Shown here: positions 1 to 14,361 of the stretch, piece after piece
Position numbering within the stretch: the stretch's first letter is position 1
Layout: the number at the start of each line of letters is the position of its first letter
From: Eledone cirrhosa
Lineage: Eukaryota
Assembly (NCBI GenBank): GCA_964016885.1
Contig: OZ024740.1
Span: forward strand, 350,548,001-350,612,000
Reading direction: 5' to 3'
DNA: 64,000 nucleotides
Notes under the pieces: model-generated
What the model was told of the DNA's origin: nothing
The model's database searches: none
The model's input: the letters and a program-made list of their open reading frames with translations, nothing else
Made by a program: the position numbers and the translations under genes

Positions 1-455
1 CAAACATATATAAACACACACTAGTAAACTAAGATAGAATACAATAACCAATATACAGTCACCCAAACACGAACACACATCAAACAAAACACTATACACA
101 AACGCAAACGCATGCGCAGAGAAGACAAAAACATAAACAAATAAATAAATAAATAAATAAATAAACAGACTAAATAAAGATGGCGTAGGCATACAATGCA
201 ACGGGAGGAAACATAATAGCACCACTGACGATGTTGCAGATGTGCAACGAAAGAAGTTTGTTAGACTATATATGTGTTTGTGTCTATATTGTATCTGTAT
301 TCTTGACCGTTGGTCAGTCAATGGTAACATTGAGGACCGAATAAATTAAATTAACCGATATAAAGGACACAGAAGCGAAAACCAACCAAAGAGTGAGTGT
401 GTTCTGATATTAATTCTGGCAATATTATTACACAAATATGACCCTCCCCAAGTAT

Positions 456-460
<5 letters not shown>
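1..460 (+). mobile_element. Penelope-like element 3' UTR/pLTR copy (same family as 61800-62355)
   Basis: Co-linear with 61883-62355. Ends GACCCTCCCCAAGTATAACAA then (TA)n. Contains an HHR-like core CTGACGA-T-GTTGCA-GATG-TGCAAC-GAAA at ~226-252. Confidence 0.85.
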
Positions 461-501
<41 letters not shown>

Positions 502-528
502 GTTTGTAGTTGTAAGGCCAAAACAATG

Positions 529-889
529 CAGGTATGGATATAGAATATAAATGCAAATGCAAAATATATTGTTGACAATTAGTCTTTTACCTTAAATTTA
601 TTTAAATATCCTCAATTTTTGAGATAATATCTCTTCTTCGGAGGGAAGTAAAGTGGTTAATCCAGTATTCTAATTAGCTTGCCAAGTTATGCTGACAGGA
701 AATAGTATCATACCATTTCCTGTCAGCATGACTTGGCAAGCTAATTAGAATACTGGATTAACCACTTTACTTCCCTCCGAAGAAGAGATATTATCTCAAA
801 AATTAAGGATATTTAAATAAATTTAAGGTAAAAGACTAATTGTCAACAATATCTTTTGCATTTGCATTTATATTCTATATCCATACCTG
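529..889. repeat. Near-perfect fold-back (~175-bp arms) between (TA)n tracts, with degenerate HHR-like motif
   Basis: 529-703 is the reverse complement of 715-889. CCGAAGA-A-GAGAT-ATT-ATCTC-AAAA-ATTA-AGGA lies at 772-809. Confidence 0.9.
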
Positions 890-920
890 TTGGAATTGGA
901 AAAAATGTCTTTAGATATAT

Positions 921-994
<74 letters not shown>

Positions 995-1103
995 ATGTGT
1001 GTGTGTGTGCGTGTGTGTGTTTGTGTGTGTGCGCGCGTATGTGCGTGTATATATATAATTAAAATCAATTAATAAAGGGTTACTTCACTATAATTGTTGT
1101 ATT

Positions 1104-1154
1104 GCATGATATATATTTCTCTTACATGGTTATGCATGTAACTTCATCAGATGC
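1104..1154 (-). ncRNA. Type I hammerhead ribozyme
   Basis: Minus strand reads GCAT-CTGATGA-AG-TTACATG-CATAAC-CATGTAA-GA-GAAA-TATATA-TC-ATGC: stem I GCAT/ATGC, stem II TTACATG/CATGTAA, palindromic stem III. The base of stem II is imperfect. Confidence 0.7.
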
Positions 1155-2065
1155 TCATAGGCGTGCGTATGCAATCATGCGGATATGTCACTAGTCATGC
1201 ATTACCTACTAGTTGTGATGCCAGCAGACATATATATGTGGCTGCGACATATATGTAAACAGGCATTTGTGATTGGTGTCGCATACGTACTTATATTAAT
1301 GAATAAACTTTACATTCAAATTTACGGAAGTACCTTGCATAAAATCCATATACATTTATGTGTTTGTTTGTTCTCTATTTAAACTATTTTTACTTATTCA
1401 CTTTGGTCATTCAGTTTATAATATATCAATTTCCTTTTTACGTTAGAGTTACTCCGCTTTATTTTCAGGTGGTGTGTATAGATTGATTTTTTATATCTAA
1501 ATTATACTTTATATCTATAGCAACATCAAAGGAAAGTGAATTTTTCAACTTGTTGAGAAGAATTGCCTCCCAACAGGTGATTCCGTACAGAATATGTGTT
1601 GACTTTTACATAAAAGATGAGGATATCGATGGAATGGCTATGATGTGGATACTAAATAACGATTTCTTTTATAGCTACAAAGCTGACGGCTAAGGGATAT
1701 TACATGCAAACGTTACGAAACAGTGTGAGCTTGGAACGATAAATGGAAGCAAATAGACTGATATATATATATATATATATATATATTATACAAACGGACG
1801 GTAAATATTGATGTAATTCAATTCAAACACTCAACATCATGTTACTTCTTCAAAATAAGAATGACGGAGTATAGTTAGAATGAGGAAAATGTTGAAGGTG
1901 TAGATGTTAAAGATTTCTTTATTAATAAAATGTATGAATATTTCAATGACGATCATGATCCCTTGGTTATGTAACCATTACCGTGAACTCATCAGACGCC
2001 AAAATTGTGTAAAAAGATTATGTTTTCGAGGCAAACCAAGATGCAATGAAATGGACAAAAATTGT

Positions 2066-2147
<82 letters not shown>

Positions 2148-2811
2148 ATAATAATAAATTTGAAAATAAATATATATAAATAAAATTTTAATAAATATAT
2201 ATATATATATAAAATCATGCGAAACTATTTTGCTGGTTTGAAAGCTGACGAGGGTGAAGATGTGTATGTGTAAACTTGTCTTGTACATCGCCTTTCTTTA
2301 TTTCCTCTTCCGTGTCACTCCTGTGCGTCAACACACTTCTCCTTGTCCCCTTCCTTTTTCAATCTTTTCTATATTCTATCTGACTGTCACCCATGTTTTG
2401 GATTGTCTCTCTGTTGACTACTGCACCTGGTCTCTGTCTTCTGAGGCACATTTGCCCAACGCTGTCTTTGGCAGCATTCAGCTATTTTAACGGCTGTAAA
2501 AACCAGTCGCTCAACACGATGGCTGTAATCAGTAGTATCCATTTAACACAAACTAGCTTAAATAACAACACTCTCGCCTATGCAGCATATTCAGGAAACG
2601 CGCAAACGAAACATACAACCTCGCCTTAACAACACCCCCACGAAAACGTAAAACATGGTCCGTTCACGAACAAAACATAAAAAAGTACTGTAACTGTAGA
2701 CAACCAGAAATCTCTCCCCTAAAGGGGAAATGACTACATAAATTTATATAATCTTTTGGAGTAATCTTCAACAACGCACATATAGGTATGTCTTAAAAAA
2801 TATCTATACAT

Positions 2812-2914
<103 letters not shown>

Positions 2915-2919
2915 AACAC

Positions 2920-3012
<93 letters not shown>

Positions 3013-4437
3013 CATACACACACTCGTTTAAAATCCAAATATGCAGAAATCTAACGAACACGCGAAAAAGTTAAAAAGGGCAACATTAACTACAAAATTG
3101 TATGGTCCATCGCACGATCCGCCAAACTCTCTCAGGGTTAACGTGGTGAATGCTGCTCAGTTGAAATACTGGAAATTATGATACGGAATGAATTAATAGA
3201 TCCCTTAGGCATGACTATATTTTTAACTGCCTTCATAAACCACTAAAAACATTTTCTAGGTTCTGTTCATCTAGCCCATAGGGAACTATATTAAACATAA
3301 AACTCCATCAAAGCAACCTATAGTATAACTTTGATAACTTTGATAGGTTTCGGCCAGTATTGGCCAAAGCCATATCTAACTTAATATACCCCAGATATCT
3401 CTTACAATTTATTATACTTACAATGGTCACAACAATAAACTACCACACCTCTTTGTGCAAAAATGACATATCATGAAGAAAACATCATTTCCTAAACGCA
3501 CATAGATACAGAAGGATAGCCAGTCGAATCTATAGTAACTCCGTGTCTCCAACGAGTGGTTAGGACTCAGATTCACGATACCTATAATTTAACAGCTGGG
3601 AATTAATTTCCTCTTTCTTAACATTAAAGTAACCATGTCACCATATTTTCTATTTTCCATAATTCAATTACTACCTCTATAATAAATATATACGCATCCC
3701 CACTCCTTCAGAATAAAGTAAAATGAACGTACCGCATCGATTGAATTACTGTCCCACTGACTCTCAAACACCCATTGGTCAACTTCTGCTGATACTACTT
3801 AAATAGCCATAACCTTAAAAATGGTCTCTCATCCACACAGATAATAATTAGTTTCTCTCTGAAGAGATGCAACGATAATACCTTCTGACTTTTAAAGCAA
3901 TCCATAGTACAGCAACAGTTTATAGGCTAAAAAATTTGGTGTATCGGAGAAAGAGTTTTTATCTAAGGTTCAATTATGATTCCATAATTCAATCATCAGA
4001 AATGGGCTCAATATATATATATACATATAAATTAATAAAAACAATGAATAAAAACAAAGAAACAGTTCCTTATATAAAAAAATTCATCATTTTACGATCG
4101 TTTGTTTATGTGTGTGTTGGTATGTATATCATATAGATCTATGTAAAAATTTTACAAACTATCAGAGGGAATATACATACCTACACATATATATGCTGTC
4201 TTCAGAAATAATGATATTTGTTTATTGAAAAACACCAACAAAGTAATCTTTTCATTCAAAGTATTCTTTCCATTCAAAACATAAGTCTGCATTCCTCTAC
4301 CCCTAAATTAAATTTCTACTACTACTATTCTATCAAAATGACCACTTACTACTTTTCTATTGGTCAATTCAAAACCTGTTCCCAAACAGACCTATTATAT
4401 TAAATCTTTGTTGTTATTTTTCAATAAACAAATATCA

Positions 4438-4617
4438 TGGCAGTCTCGGTAGAGGGTCGGACGCCATGCTTTCCAGCATAGTTACGTCCCTTTACTATCT
4501 GAGTTCAGATCCCGCCGAGGTTGATTTGCCTTTCATCCTTACGGGGTCGATAAAATAAAGTACCAGTAATGCACTGGGTAATTTGCTGGCCTTGTGCCTA
4601 AAGTAGAAACAATTATT
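4438..4617 (+). mobile_element. tRNA-derived SINE (Nin/Deu-domain-like, main family)
   Basis: A-box-like TGGCAGTCTCGG, B-box-like GAGTTCAGATC, central GCCTTTCATCCTTACGGGGTCGATAAAATAAAGTACCAG, tail AGTAGAAACAATTATT. Confidence 0.9.
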
Positions 4618-4742
4618 TCTGAAGAAATATATATGTGTAGGTATGTATATTCCCTCTGATAGTTTGTAAAATGTTTACATAGATCTATATTATATACATA
4701 CCAACACACACATATATATCATAGAAACGATCGTAAAATGAT
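4612..4742 (+). ncRNA. Type I hammerhead ribozyme with long stem II (family D)
   Basis: ATTATTT-CTGAAGA-[~100-nt hairpin ATATATATGTGT...ACACATATATAT]-GAAA-CGATCG-TA-AAATGAT. Confidence 0.65.
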
Positions 4743-5022
4743 GAATTTTTTAATATACGGAACTGTTTCTTTGTTTTTATTCATTGTTTTTATTAATTTA
4801 TCTTGACTCTGTTTTCCTGTGACTTTCATCGAAAAAAATTTTGAATACATCTTCTATTTTCATGATATTTGGATTACATTGAGTTCTTCATACGGATTGG
4901 ACACTACTGTATATTTTGGTAGATTTATCTACATATATACATATATATATATATATATTATTATTATTATTATATATAGTTGATTGCGAAGTTTTTGTAT
5001 TTGCAGCTAATTTTCCAATATT

Positions 5023-5202
5023 ATGGCAGTATCGGTTGGGGGTCGGACGCCATGCTTTCCAGGATAGTTATGTCCCTTTACGATCTGAGTTCAAATCCCG
5101 CCGAGGTTGATTTTGCCTTTCACTCTTACGGGGTCAATAAAATAAAGTACCAGTAATGCACTGGGTAATTGCTTGCCTTGTGCCTAAAGTAGAAACAATT
5201 AT
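5023..5202 (+). mobile_element. tRNA-derived SINE, main family
   Basis: Same head, central domain and tail as 4438-4617. Confidence 0.9.
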
Positions 5203-5509
5203 CTGTGACTCACGTGGTTACCCTCCTCTTCTTTTGTTCAGTTGCCTAGTATTGTTCTCCCCTGTCGTGGCTCTATTGTCTCGTTATTTCGTTCCGATGT
5301 TTTTCACACTTTTCAAATATGGATATTATTTCCAGTCTAGCCTTTACTCACTGTGAGTCATTTACTCTGTTTGTTTGTGTCTCTATAAGTCTAACTCAGA
5401 GCTTCTCAAACCTTTTGGGCCACCTCCCCCCCTCACAGTCACGTAATACCCTTAGCGCCCCCAACCCTATTTCCAGAGAGACCTGCCTATACGCACGGAA
5501 CTACTGCTT

Positions 5510-5590
5510 CTTTATTTTATCGACCCCCGTAAGGAGGAAAGGCAAAGTTAACCTCGGCGGGATTTGAACTCAGTTCGTAAAGGGACATAA
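5510..5590 (-). mobile_element. tRNA-derived SINE, partial
   Basis: Reverse complement of B box plus central domain. Confidence 0.8.
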
Positions 5591-5912
5591 AATAATAATA
5601 ATCAAGGTTGACCACCTTTTAAACAAAAAACAATGTAAACAATCACTATTAGTAATCAACAACAAAATATACTCAAAATTACTCGTGAGGAGTAATGGTA
5701 ATGTATATCATTATAAACCAATTCATGTTTATAAAATCGTAGAATATAATACTGAGGAAGCCTGTTAACCAAATTTCTCTTAATTCACTCCGCATCTTTT
5801 AAAGAAATGCTGTCTTCAATGCAATGGCCGCTAAAAGGTTTTTCTGAAAATAAACATTAAAATCTTCAACGAGAAAAAATAACTTATAATACAGTTAAAT
5901 TCAAGCGATATA

Positions 5913-6096
5913 AATAATTGTCTCTACTTTATGCACAAGGCCAGCAATTACCCAGTGCATTACTGGTACTTTATTTTATCGACCCCGTAAGGATGAAAGT
6001 CAAAGTCAACCTCGGCGGGATTTGAACTCAGATCGTAAAGGGATTTAACTATGCTGGAAAGCATGGCGTCCGACCCTCTACTGATACTGCCAATCC
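5913..6096 (-). mobile_element. tRNA-derived SINE, main family
   Basis: Full reverse-complement copy ending CTGCCAATCCA. Confidence 0.9.
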
Positions 6097-7266
6097 ACCT
6101 CAAGCAATATAAATAATGGTAGTTTCTCTACGTCTTCTTCTTCTTTTTCTATCAAATGTCATCAACAGAGATTTGGTCAGCCTTACACCATATAGAAGTT
6201 TCTAGATCAAAGTACTGCACTATGTGGTTGAATCTTGTGTCCATTTGTTCTAAATAAACTGGAAAATGGAAACTAAATACTGCTAGTTAAGCTCAGTGAT
6301 CTATTTCCGCTTCGTGTTTGTCTTCCAGTCTACTTAGAAAAAGCATGAATACCAATTCAGGCTCCGTCAAAAATCTAAAGTTTTAAAGGAAACATTTTGG
6401 GGGGTGGGGGTGGAGGGCTATTATTTTGATTGGTTGAATCGATACAGGAAAGAGTAAAATGTTTAATGGCATTTAATTGAACCCACTGGGTGAAATTCTC
6501 CATTTCATTTTTCAGGAGTTAAACGTATGGCTTTGTGTTATTGATAGAAATTAACGTTAACAATTTGTATAAATATCGAGCTTACCATTTGGTTTCGATT
6601 CTCTGTCGTAACCATTTCATTTCATATTTCTCTTCAACGAATAAATGACAGCTTTGCTTGAAAGCTTTCACTGATACGGTTAATGTTCGAATATCTGTTG
6701 CTAGATATTTGTAAGAAAATGTAATACAAGAGTGGTTGGAATTCCAGAAAGTTGAAAGTGGTGGAGTAAAATTATTGACTTAAGAGAAGAAAAAAAAATG
6801 ACTGTTCTTGTGATCTAATAGATATAAGAAAGACGAGAACCATATACCTTGCTATATCCCATGTTTTAGCGATTCTTATCTACGACAGCTTATACGACAA
6901 ATCATTCATTATTAGAATCCTATCATCTTTTCAATCATCTTTTGAAATGTTTCACATCCACTGTCATCAACAATATTATCATCGTTCTCAAACACCGTCT
7001 TCATCAGCATCAGCATCGTCGTCGTTGTCATCTGTGGCGGCGCTAGCTTCGCCATCGTCTGCGTTGTAGTTTGAAATCTTCTAACTCCCAATTATTTATC
7101 AATCAAAAAAAGAATCTGTCGAATAAAATCTTTTTCGTTTTACTTTATTTTTTTTCTCTTTCCACACACATATATCAGTTGATGTCGGGGGAATTGTTTT
7201 CGTCATAAAATGAATAGAGCTTACTTTCGTATTGAAAAACGTTATTTCCAATATCCCGTCTTGCAC

Positions 7267-7380
<114 letters not shown>

Positions 7381-7608
7381 ATTCCATTTCGTCTACTTTC
7401 ATGAGTTCAATGCTTCAGAGTTTATTCCCAATTTTCAATATATTCTCAATATATCAATTTCTCGGATATTTCCAGTGATATTAAATTTGCAAAGTTTTAT
7501 TACTTAATCCATTTGGTTTCAGAAAGTTACGAATGAAATACACACATACATACATACATACATACATACATACATACATACATACATACATACATACATA
7601 AATACATA

Positions 7609-7673
<65 letters not shown>

Positions 7674-7945
7674 CATACACATACGTACCTACATACACAC
7701 AACGCTGATGCACACACATACACAGGCACAATCATAAAAATGTACATACACAAATATATATATATATATACGTATAGAGAGAGAGGAAGAGTGTCAGATA
7801 GATAGAGAGATAGACATGCATATGTATATATACATGTGTGTGTTTGTATATGTATGTGTGTGTTCATGCATGAGTAGGAATGTGTGTTTGGCTCTATATA
7901 TGCAATGTTTATGTATTTATGTATACATGTGTATATATATGTACG

Positions 7946-8044
<99 letters not shown>

Positions 8045-8377
8045 GTGTGTGTGCGTGTCTGTGTGTATAGATATATAACAATATACAACTCGGGAAGACA
8101 ATTATATGACTTATTGACCATGTAGAATCACGATTTTTTTTTTTTTTTTTTCTAAATCTTTTATACATTTCTTATTAACTAAAGATAGTTGAAAAGGACT
8201 GAATGGTGAACACATTTATTTCGCAATCACGCTGTTCCAGTTTCGGTATCATTACAAACCACTTCGGATCTTATTCTACCATATCTTCAGACCGATTACT
8301 GCATGTTAAAATATTGAATTTTGAAAGACAAAATCATCAATTCACAAGCCTATTCTTCATATAAAGCTATATATATA

Positions 8378-8598
<221 letters not shown>

Positions 8599-8720
8599 CA
8601 TTCAGTTGATGAAAGTTGGTTGATCAAATAATTTACTACTTTTTCGTAAACAGAAGTAAAGCACTCAACGTTTTGTATTCCTTAGGATTTACTCTATCAA
8701 TGGATAGGAAAATACATCTT

Positions 8721-8794
8721 ACTCCATCTGATGAAAACATGCCAGGGGTTATTATGTAACCACTCTGGGATCTTTCAAATATGTATAATGGAGT
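8721..8794 (+). ncRNA. Degenerate type I hammerhead ribozyme
   Basis: ACTCCAT-CTGATGA-...-CAAA-TATGTA-TA-ATGGAGT. Perfect 7-bp stem I, but G12 is lost (CAAA instead of GAAA). Confidence 0.6.
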
Positions 8795-8840
8795 TGTGTA
8801 ATAAAATGAAGATGTAAGCATAAAACCGTCTCTCTCTCTC

Positions 8841-8938
<98 letters not shown>

Positions 8939-8969
8939 TCTCTTTCTCTATGTATATACACATATATAC

Positions 8970-9019
<50 letters not shown>

Positions 9020-9021
<2 letters not shown>

Positions 9022-9225
9022 CGAAGGAAATGTGGTAAGGAACCAGATGGACCATAACGCACCAAAGTACTCAATACTTAGGGTAGTAGAATGGGTAATA
9101 GGAACGAGTAGGACCCCGACGGCTGAGCTCAAGCCGTTTCGACGGCTAATTCTGGACTAAAATTTTAGTCCAGAATTAGCCGTCGAAACGGCTTGAGCTC
9201 AGCCGTCGGGGTCCTACTCGTTCCT
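9020..9225. mobile_element. Short (TA)n-inserted element, family A, with terminal fold-back
   Basis: ACGAAGGAAATGTGGTAAGGAACC...TCTGGAC followed by inversion through TAAAATTTTA. Other copies at 9255-9400, 34299-34436, 44846-44930, 55001-55206 and, partially, 59005-59112. Confidence 0.85.
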
Positions 9226-9254
9226 ATATATATATTTATATATATATATATATC

Positions 9255-9395
9255 CGAACGTTCTGATCTAGTAGTCGAAACGGCCGGAGCTCTGCCGTCG
9301 TGGTCCTCACTCTTTTCCTATTACCCACTCTACTACCTTAAGTATTGAGTACCCTGGTGCATTATGGTCCACCTGGTATCTTACCACACTTTCTT

Positions 9396-9400
<5 letters not shown>
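9255..9400. mobile_element. Family A element, opposite orientation
   Basis: Diverged reverse complement of 9020-9150. Confidence 0.8.
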
Positions 9401-9440
<40 letters not shown>

Positions 9441-9635
9441 AGCAAATTATAAACGTAAACATGTAAGTATGTTTTTGAAACGGTGCGCGAGTTTGAAATT
9501 AGAAATTAGAAATTATAAGCTTTCACCGTATTTTAGACTAAAGAAATTTGTAGCCTGATAGTGGGGTTTATAACCCTCGGAGAAATGGAAAAAGATGAGT
9601 GTTGCCGTACATATATATATATATACACACATATA

Positions 9636-9706
<71 letters not shown>

Positions 9707-9710
<4 letters not shown>

Positions 9711-9876
9711 TGGCTGCCAACTCGTTTTCGAGTACGGCCACTACTTTATATCCATGTAGGAGAAACCCTACCGATGCACTGAACGAGTGTGACTTTTTAG
9801 TTCAGTCAGTGACTTGAAAACTGTGGTACAAACACTACACTTGCGACAACTATTGACACATAGTGCTGAGCCCATG
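9707..9876. repeat. Unclassified interspersed repeat (family E) adjoining (TA)n
   Basis: Closely similar copy at 32109-32275 beginning ATGGTGGCTGCCAACTCGTTTTCGAGT. Confidence 0.75.
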
Positions 9877-10013
9877 GTACCATGTGACGACAAGTGCAGA
9901 GAGATCTCCAGATATAAAGCAATGCCTGTGCCGTGAAGCTTTTATAGTGAGCAAAGGCACTGAACAAAGCCAGTCCCACTCTCTTAACCAAGATGATATT
10001 TACCAAAAAGAAG

Positions 10014-10060
<47 letters not shown>

Positions 10061-11043
10061 TTTTTGTCAACGACTCGTCATCTCGTAATTCCCGAAAGTG
10101 AGTCTGGCTTTTCTCCCAGACAAGAAGAAATGGGATGCTTTTCAGTCTTCGTCAACTTCAGGGAAAAGTCAGGAATGGTAATCTTAAAATTTCATGGTTT
10201 CGTTTCATCACACCAACCATTAATGGTATTAAAATTGTCTGTCGTGCTTGCTTTGAGAACAATGGTAAATAAGCAATTGTTGTACAAAATGGAAGAACGG
10301 CTGACATTTACACATAAACAAATGACATCTCATAACGCCGCACCTTTGTTCCAACGTTATTCAGTGTCTATTCATTAGGTATGATCAATGCAGCTTCTCA
10401 AATCAATTGTCGGCTGCAAAATTCAAATTATAACTGATGGCAATATTTGTTACCTTCATCAATTTTGTTCTAAGACACATCTATCAGATATGCTTCTGTT
10501 AGCTGCGCATTGCAGCTGACACTTGCCTACACACATGGAGACATTCAAAGAAACACAAACTGCTTTTCAATTGCTGTTTAAACCATTGGTGGCACACTTA
10601 ATATGGCGATTACTGTGATGTATCAAAACAGACTTCCTAGATAGCAAATCACTCTTGGGGGGAATGAAATGTTCTAATGTAGGTGTAGGTCTTTAGCTAC
10701 TTGTGTAATATTCTGTTTTCCCATGCACTTTATCCAGTATATATTTTGTAACAATCAGTTATCTATGGGGCTAGAGAAATATGTCATAACAAAGCATTAC
10801 CCAGCCGAGTCAACATATGACCTACTTCTTCCCTAAAGTAATGCTTCATTCATAATACTCTTTTCCATCCAAAACTGAAATCTACCTTCCTCTACCCATA
10901 ATTTAAGGTTCTCCTAATTCTATATCACTATCTTGACCCTCACTCTCTCCTGATTGGTCAATTCAAAACCTGTTCCCAAACAGACCTATTGTATTGAATT
11001 TTTGTTCTTATCAATAAACAAGTATCATTATTTCTGAAGACAG

Positions 11044-11224
11044 TGGATTGGCAGTATCGGTAGAGGGTCGGACGCCATGCTTTGACGCATAGAGTTACGG
11101 CCCTTGCCATTCTGAGTTCAAATCCCGCCGAGGTTAACTTTGCCTTTCATCCTTATGGGGTCGATAAAATAAAGTACCAGTAATACACTGGGTAATTGCT
11201 GGCCTTGTGCCAAAAGTAGAAACA
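11044..11224 (+). mobile_element. tRNA-derived SINE with 17-bp target-site duplication
   Basis: TSD ATTATTTCTGAAGACAG at 11027-11043 and 11225-11241. Confidence 0.92.
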
Positions 11225-11362
11225 ATTATTTCTGAAGACAGCATATATATGTGTAGGTATGTATATTCCCTCTGATAGTTTGTATATATATTGTACATAG
11301 ATCTATAGAATATGCATACCAACTCTAACACATATATATCCTAGAAACGATCGTAAAATAAT
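11225..11362 (+). ncRNA. Type I hammerhead ribozyme with ~105-nt stem II (family D)
   Basis: ATTATTT-CTGAAGA-...-GAAA-CGATCG-TA-AAATAAT. Stem II pairings ATATATATGTGT/ACACATATATAT and GGTATGTATATT/AATATGCATACC. Confidence 0.7.
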
Positions 11363-11424
11363 GAATTTTTTTAAATATAAGGAACTGTTTCTTTGTTTAT
11401 TCATTATTTTTTTTAATAATTTAT

Positions 11425-12580
<1,156 letters not shown>

Positions 12581-13051
12581 GAGAGAGAGAGATTATATAT
12601 GTATTTATATATACACACATATATATATATATATATATAAATATAAATACATATATAATTAATTAACAAGGACTTTTATATATGTGCGATATGAAGTATT
12701 GTACTAACAGGAATTTGGAAAAAAAAAAGTGTTTTTGATTCGCATAGATAAGTGATACTTTTCTCACACGAATTATATATATATATATACACATGTGTGT
12801 GTGTGTGTGCGTGTGTGTGTTTGTGAGTGTTTGTGTATGTCTATGCGTACACAACAGAGCAAATGTTAAACCCCAAATAAGTTTAATCTGGAGGAATTAG
12901 TAATATTTTTTTAAACTAGAAACCATTTAGGGAAAATGTAAATATACATTTTGTCATGCTCTTAACATAGGTGAAATATCAGAATTTGGCTTTTCATGGA
13001 TTACTAGATAGGTGGAAAGATATGCATATATAAATCTCTATATAATTTATA

Positions 13052-13250
13052 ACATCTCGACACCTTTCTATCCAGGATCCTGGATGAGCCCACAGCAAGG
13101 CACGAGGGAAACCTAAGGGCAGCAGCAACGAACTCCCTCTTGCACCAGTGGCCAACCAATACAGGCTGGAGATAAAATGTGTAGCAACAAGGGCGGTGCC
13201 CCTGCATGGCCACAGCCGGATGGCTGGAACAGGTAAAAGAGTAAAAGAGT
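13052..13250 (+). mobile_element. CR1-like LINE 3' end
   Basis: Translates HLDTFLSRILDEPTARHEGNLRAAATNSLLHQW, resembling the CR1 ORF2 C-terminal LDxFL..PDEP...RAA.NSL pattern. 3' UTR ends GGAACAGGTAAAAGAGTAAAAGAG. Confidence 0.7.
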
Positions 13251-13593
13251 AATTTAGTATGAGTCGTTTCCAAATACGAAAACTGATAAAGGTAGGTGTA
13301 GAAATGTTTACAGCTCAAAATATGAGATTTATTACAGTAAACAACTCAGAAGGCTACATACGAGATTTAATTGTATGAACTCCTTATTACAAGTGTCAAG
13401 TGTTTAAGTAGACTCATGGAGCAAATATTACATTGGTATCGTGTAAGATGGATGAAACGAGCGGTAATTAAAATGAAAAAATTAGCAGTATTTGGTCTTA
13501 TTTTCAAAGTTATATATATATTAATTTTTTGCCTTGACCTGTTTTTTCTTTCTCTCCATTTCTCTCTCTCTCTCCCTCTCACACACAGACACA

Positions 13594-13663
<70 letters not shown>

Positions 13664-13815
13664 TATACTCTCTTTCTCTCTGCTTCCCTTCTACTTCAGT
13701 TTTCTCTCGTGTCTGCCTCTTTTCGCCTACTCCCGTCGAGGTTAGACTTGTTTTTCTTCGCTCTCCTTACCACAGACTTATGTTCAGTCGCTGTTTCTTT
13801 CAAATTTATATATAT

Positions 13816-14245
13816 ACTAGCAGAGGTACCCGGCGTTGCTCGGGTAATAAATAGCAGTTATGTATACCATTTATGTCAATACTTCAGTGCTGCTTCGAAA
13901 ACTATACTTTTACAAAATCATCGGCTTCTTCCAAAAGGGGTTTCCTGCCCCCAGGGGACCCCTACTCAATATGTCCCAATTCTGAGAGTTCACATTCATC
14001 TGTAGGACAAACGTTGCCCATGTGTCAAGTTTTGTGAAAATCGGTTGCGAACTCCAGAAGTTATGACGTTTGTTGCATTGCACTGCAGTGCTTCAGCCGA
14101 CTCCAAGGAAGTGGTTAAAGGGGGTTATCTGCCGGGAGGCCCTATAGTCAATATCTGGAAAAATGAAAGTGCCCATGACCATCCGGAGTATATAAGTAAC
14201 CTATGTCTTAAGTTTGGTGAAAATACTGTAGAAATGCATAAGGTT
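13816..14245 (+). mobile_element. Helentron-type non-autonomous element (HINE-like)
   Basis: Starts ACTAGCAGAGGTACCCGGCGTTGCTCGGG (terminal hairpin). Internal repeats such as AAGTTTTGTGAAAATCGG / AAGTTTGGTGAAAATAC. Right boundary approximate. Confidence 0.6.
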
Positions 14246-14260
14246 TATACACGCGCGCGC

Positions 14261-14361
<101 letters not shown>

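Larger units (their letters stand above)
4028..4800. mobile_element. Hammerhead-bearing PLE-like module (family D) with inverted arm and nested SINE
   Basis: 4028-4232 is the reverse complement of 4418-4437 plus 4612-4800. Homologous to 10840-11425. Confidence 0.8.

Noticed and set aside
1681-2000. Hammerhead-like fragments (CTGACGG...GAAA at ~1683; minus-strand CTGATGA...GAAA at ~1935-1998)
   Set aside because: Core or stems too degenerate to support a call.
3340-3375. Minus-strand GGCCA-ATAC-TGGCC-GAAA-CCTA-TC
   Set aside because: Stem II and GAAA are present but there is no CUGANGA-like core.
9863-10800. 171-aa ORF and Cys/His-containing frames suggesting a zinc-finger or TE protein
   Set aside because: The ORF runs through a microsatellite, the frames are interrupted, and no motif was identified with confidence.
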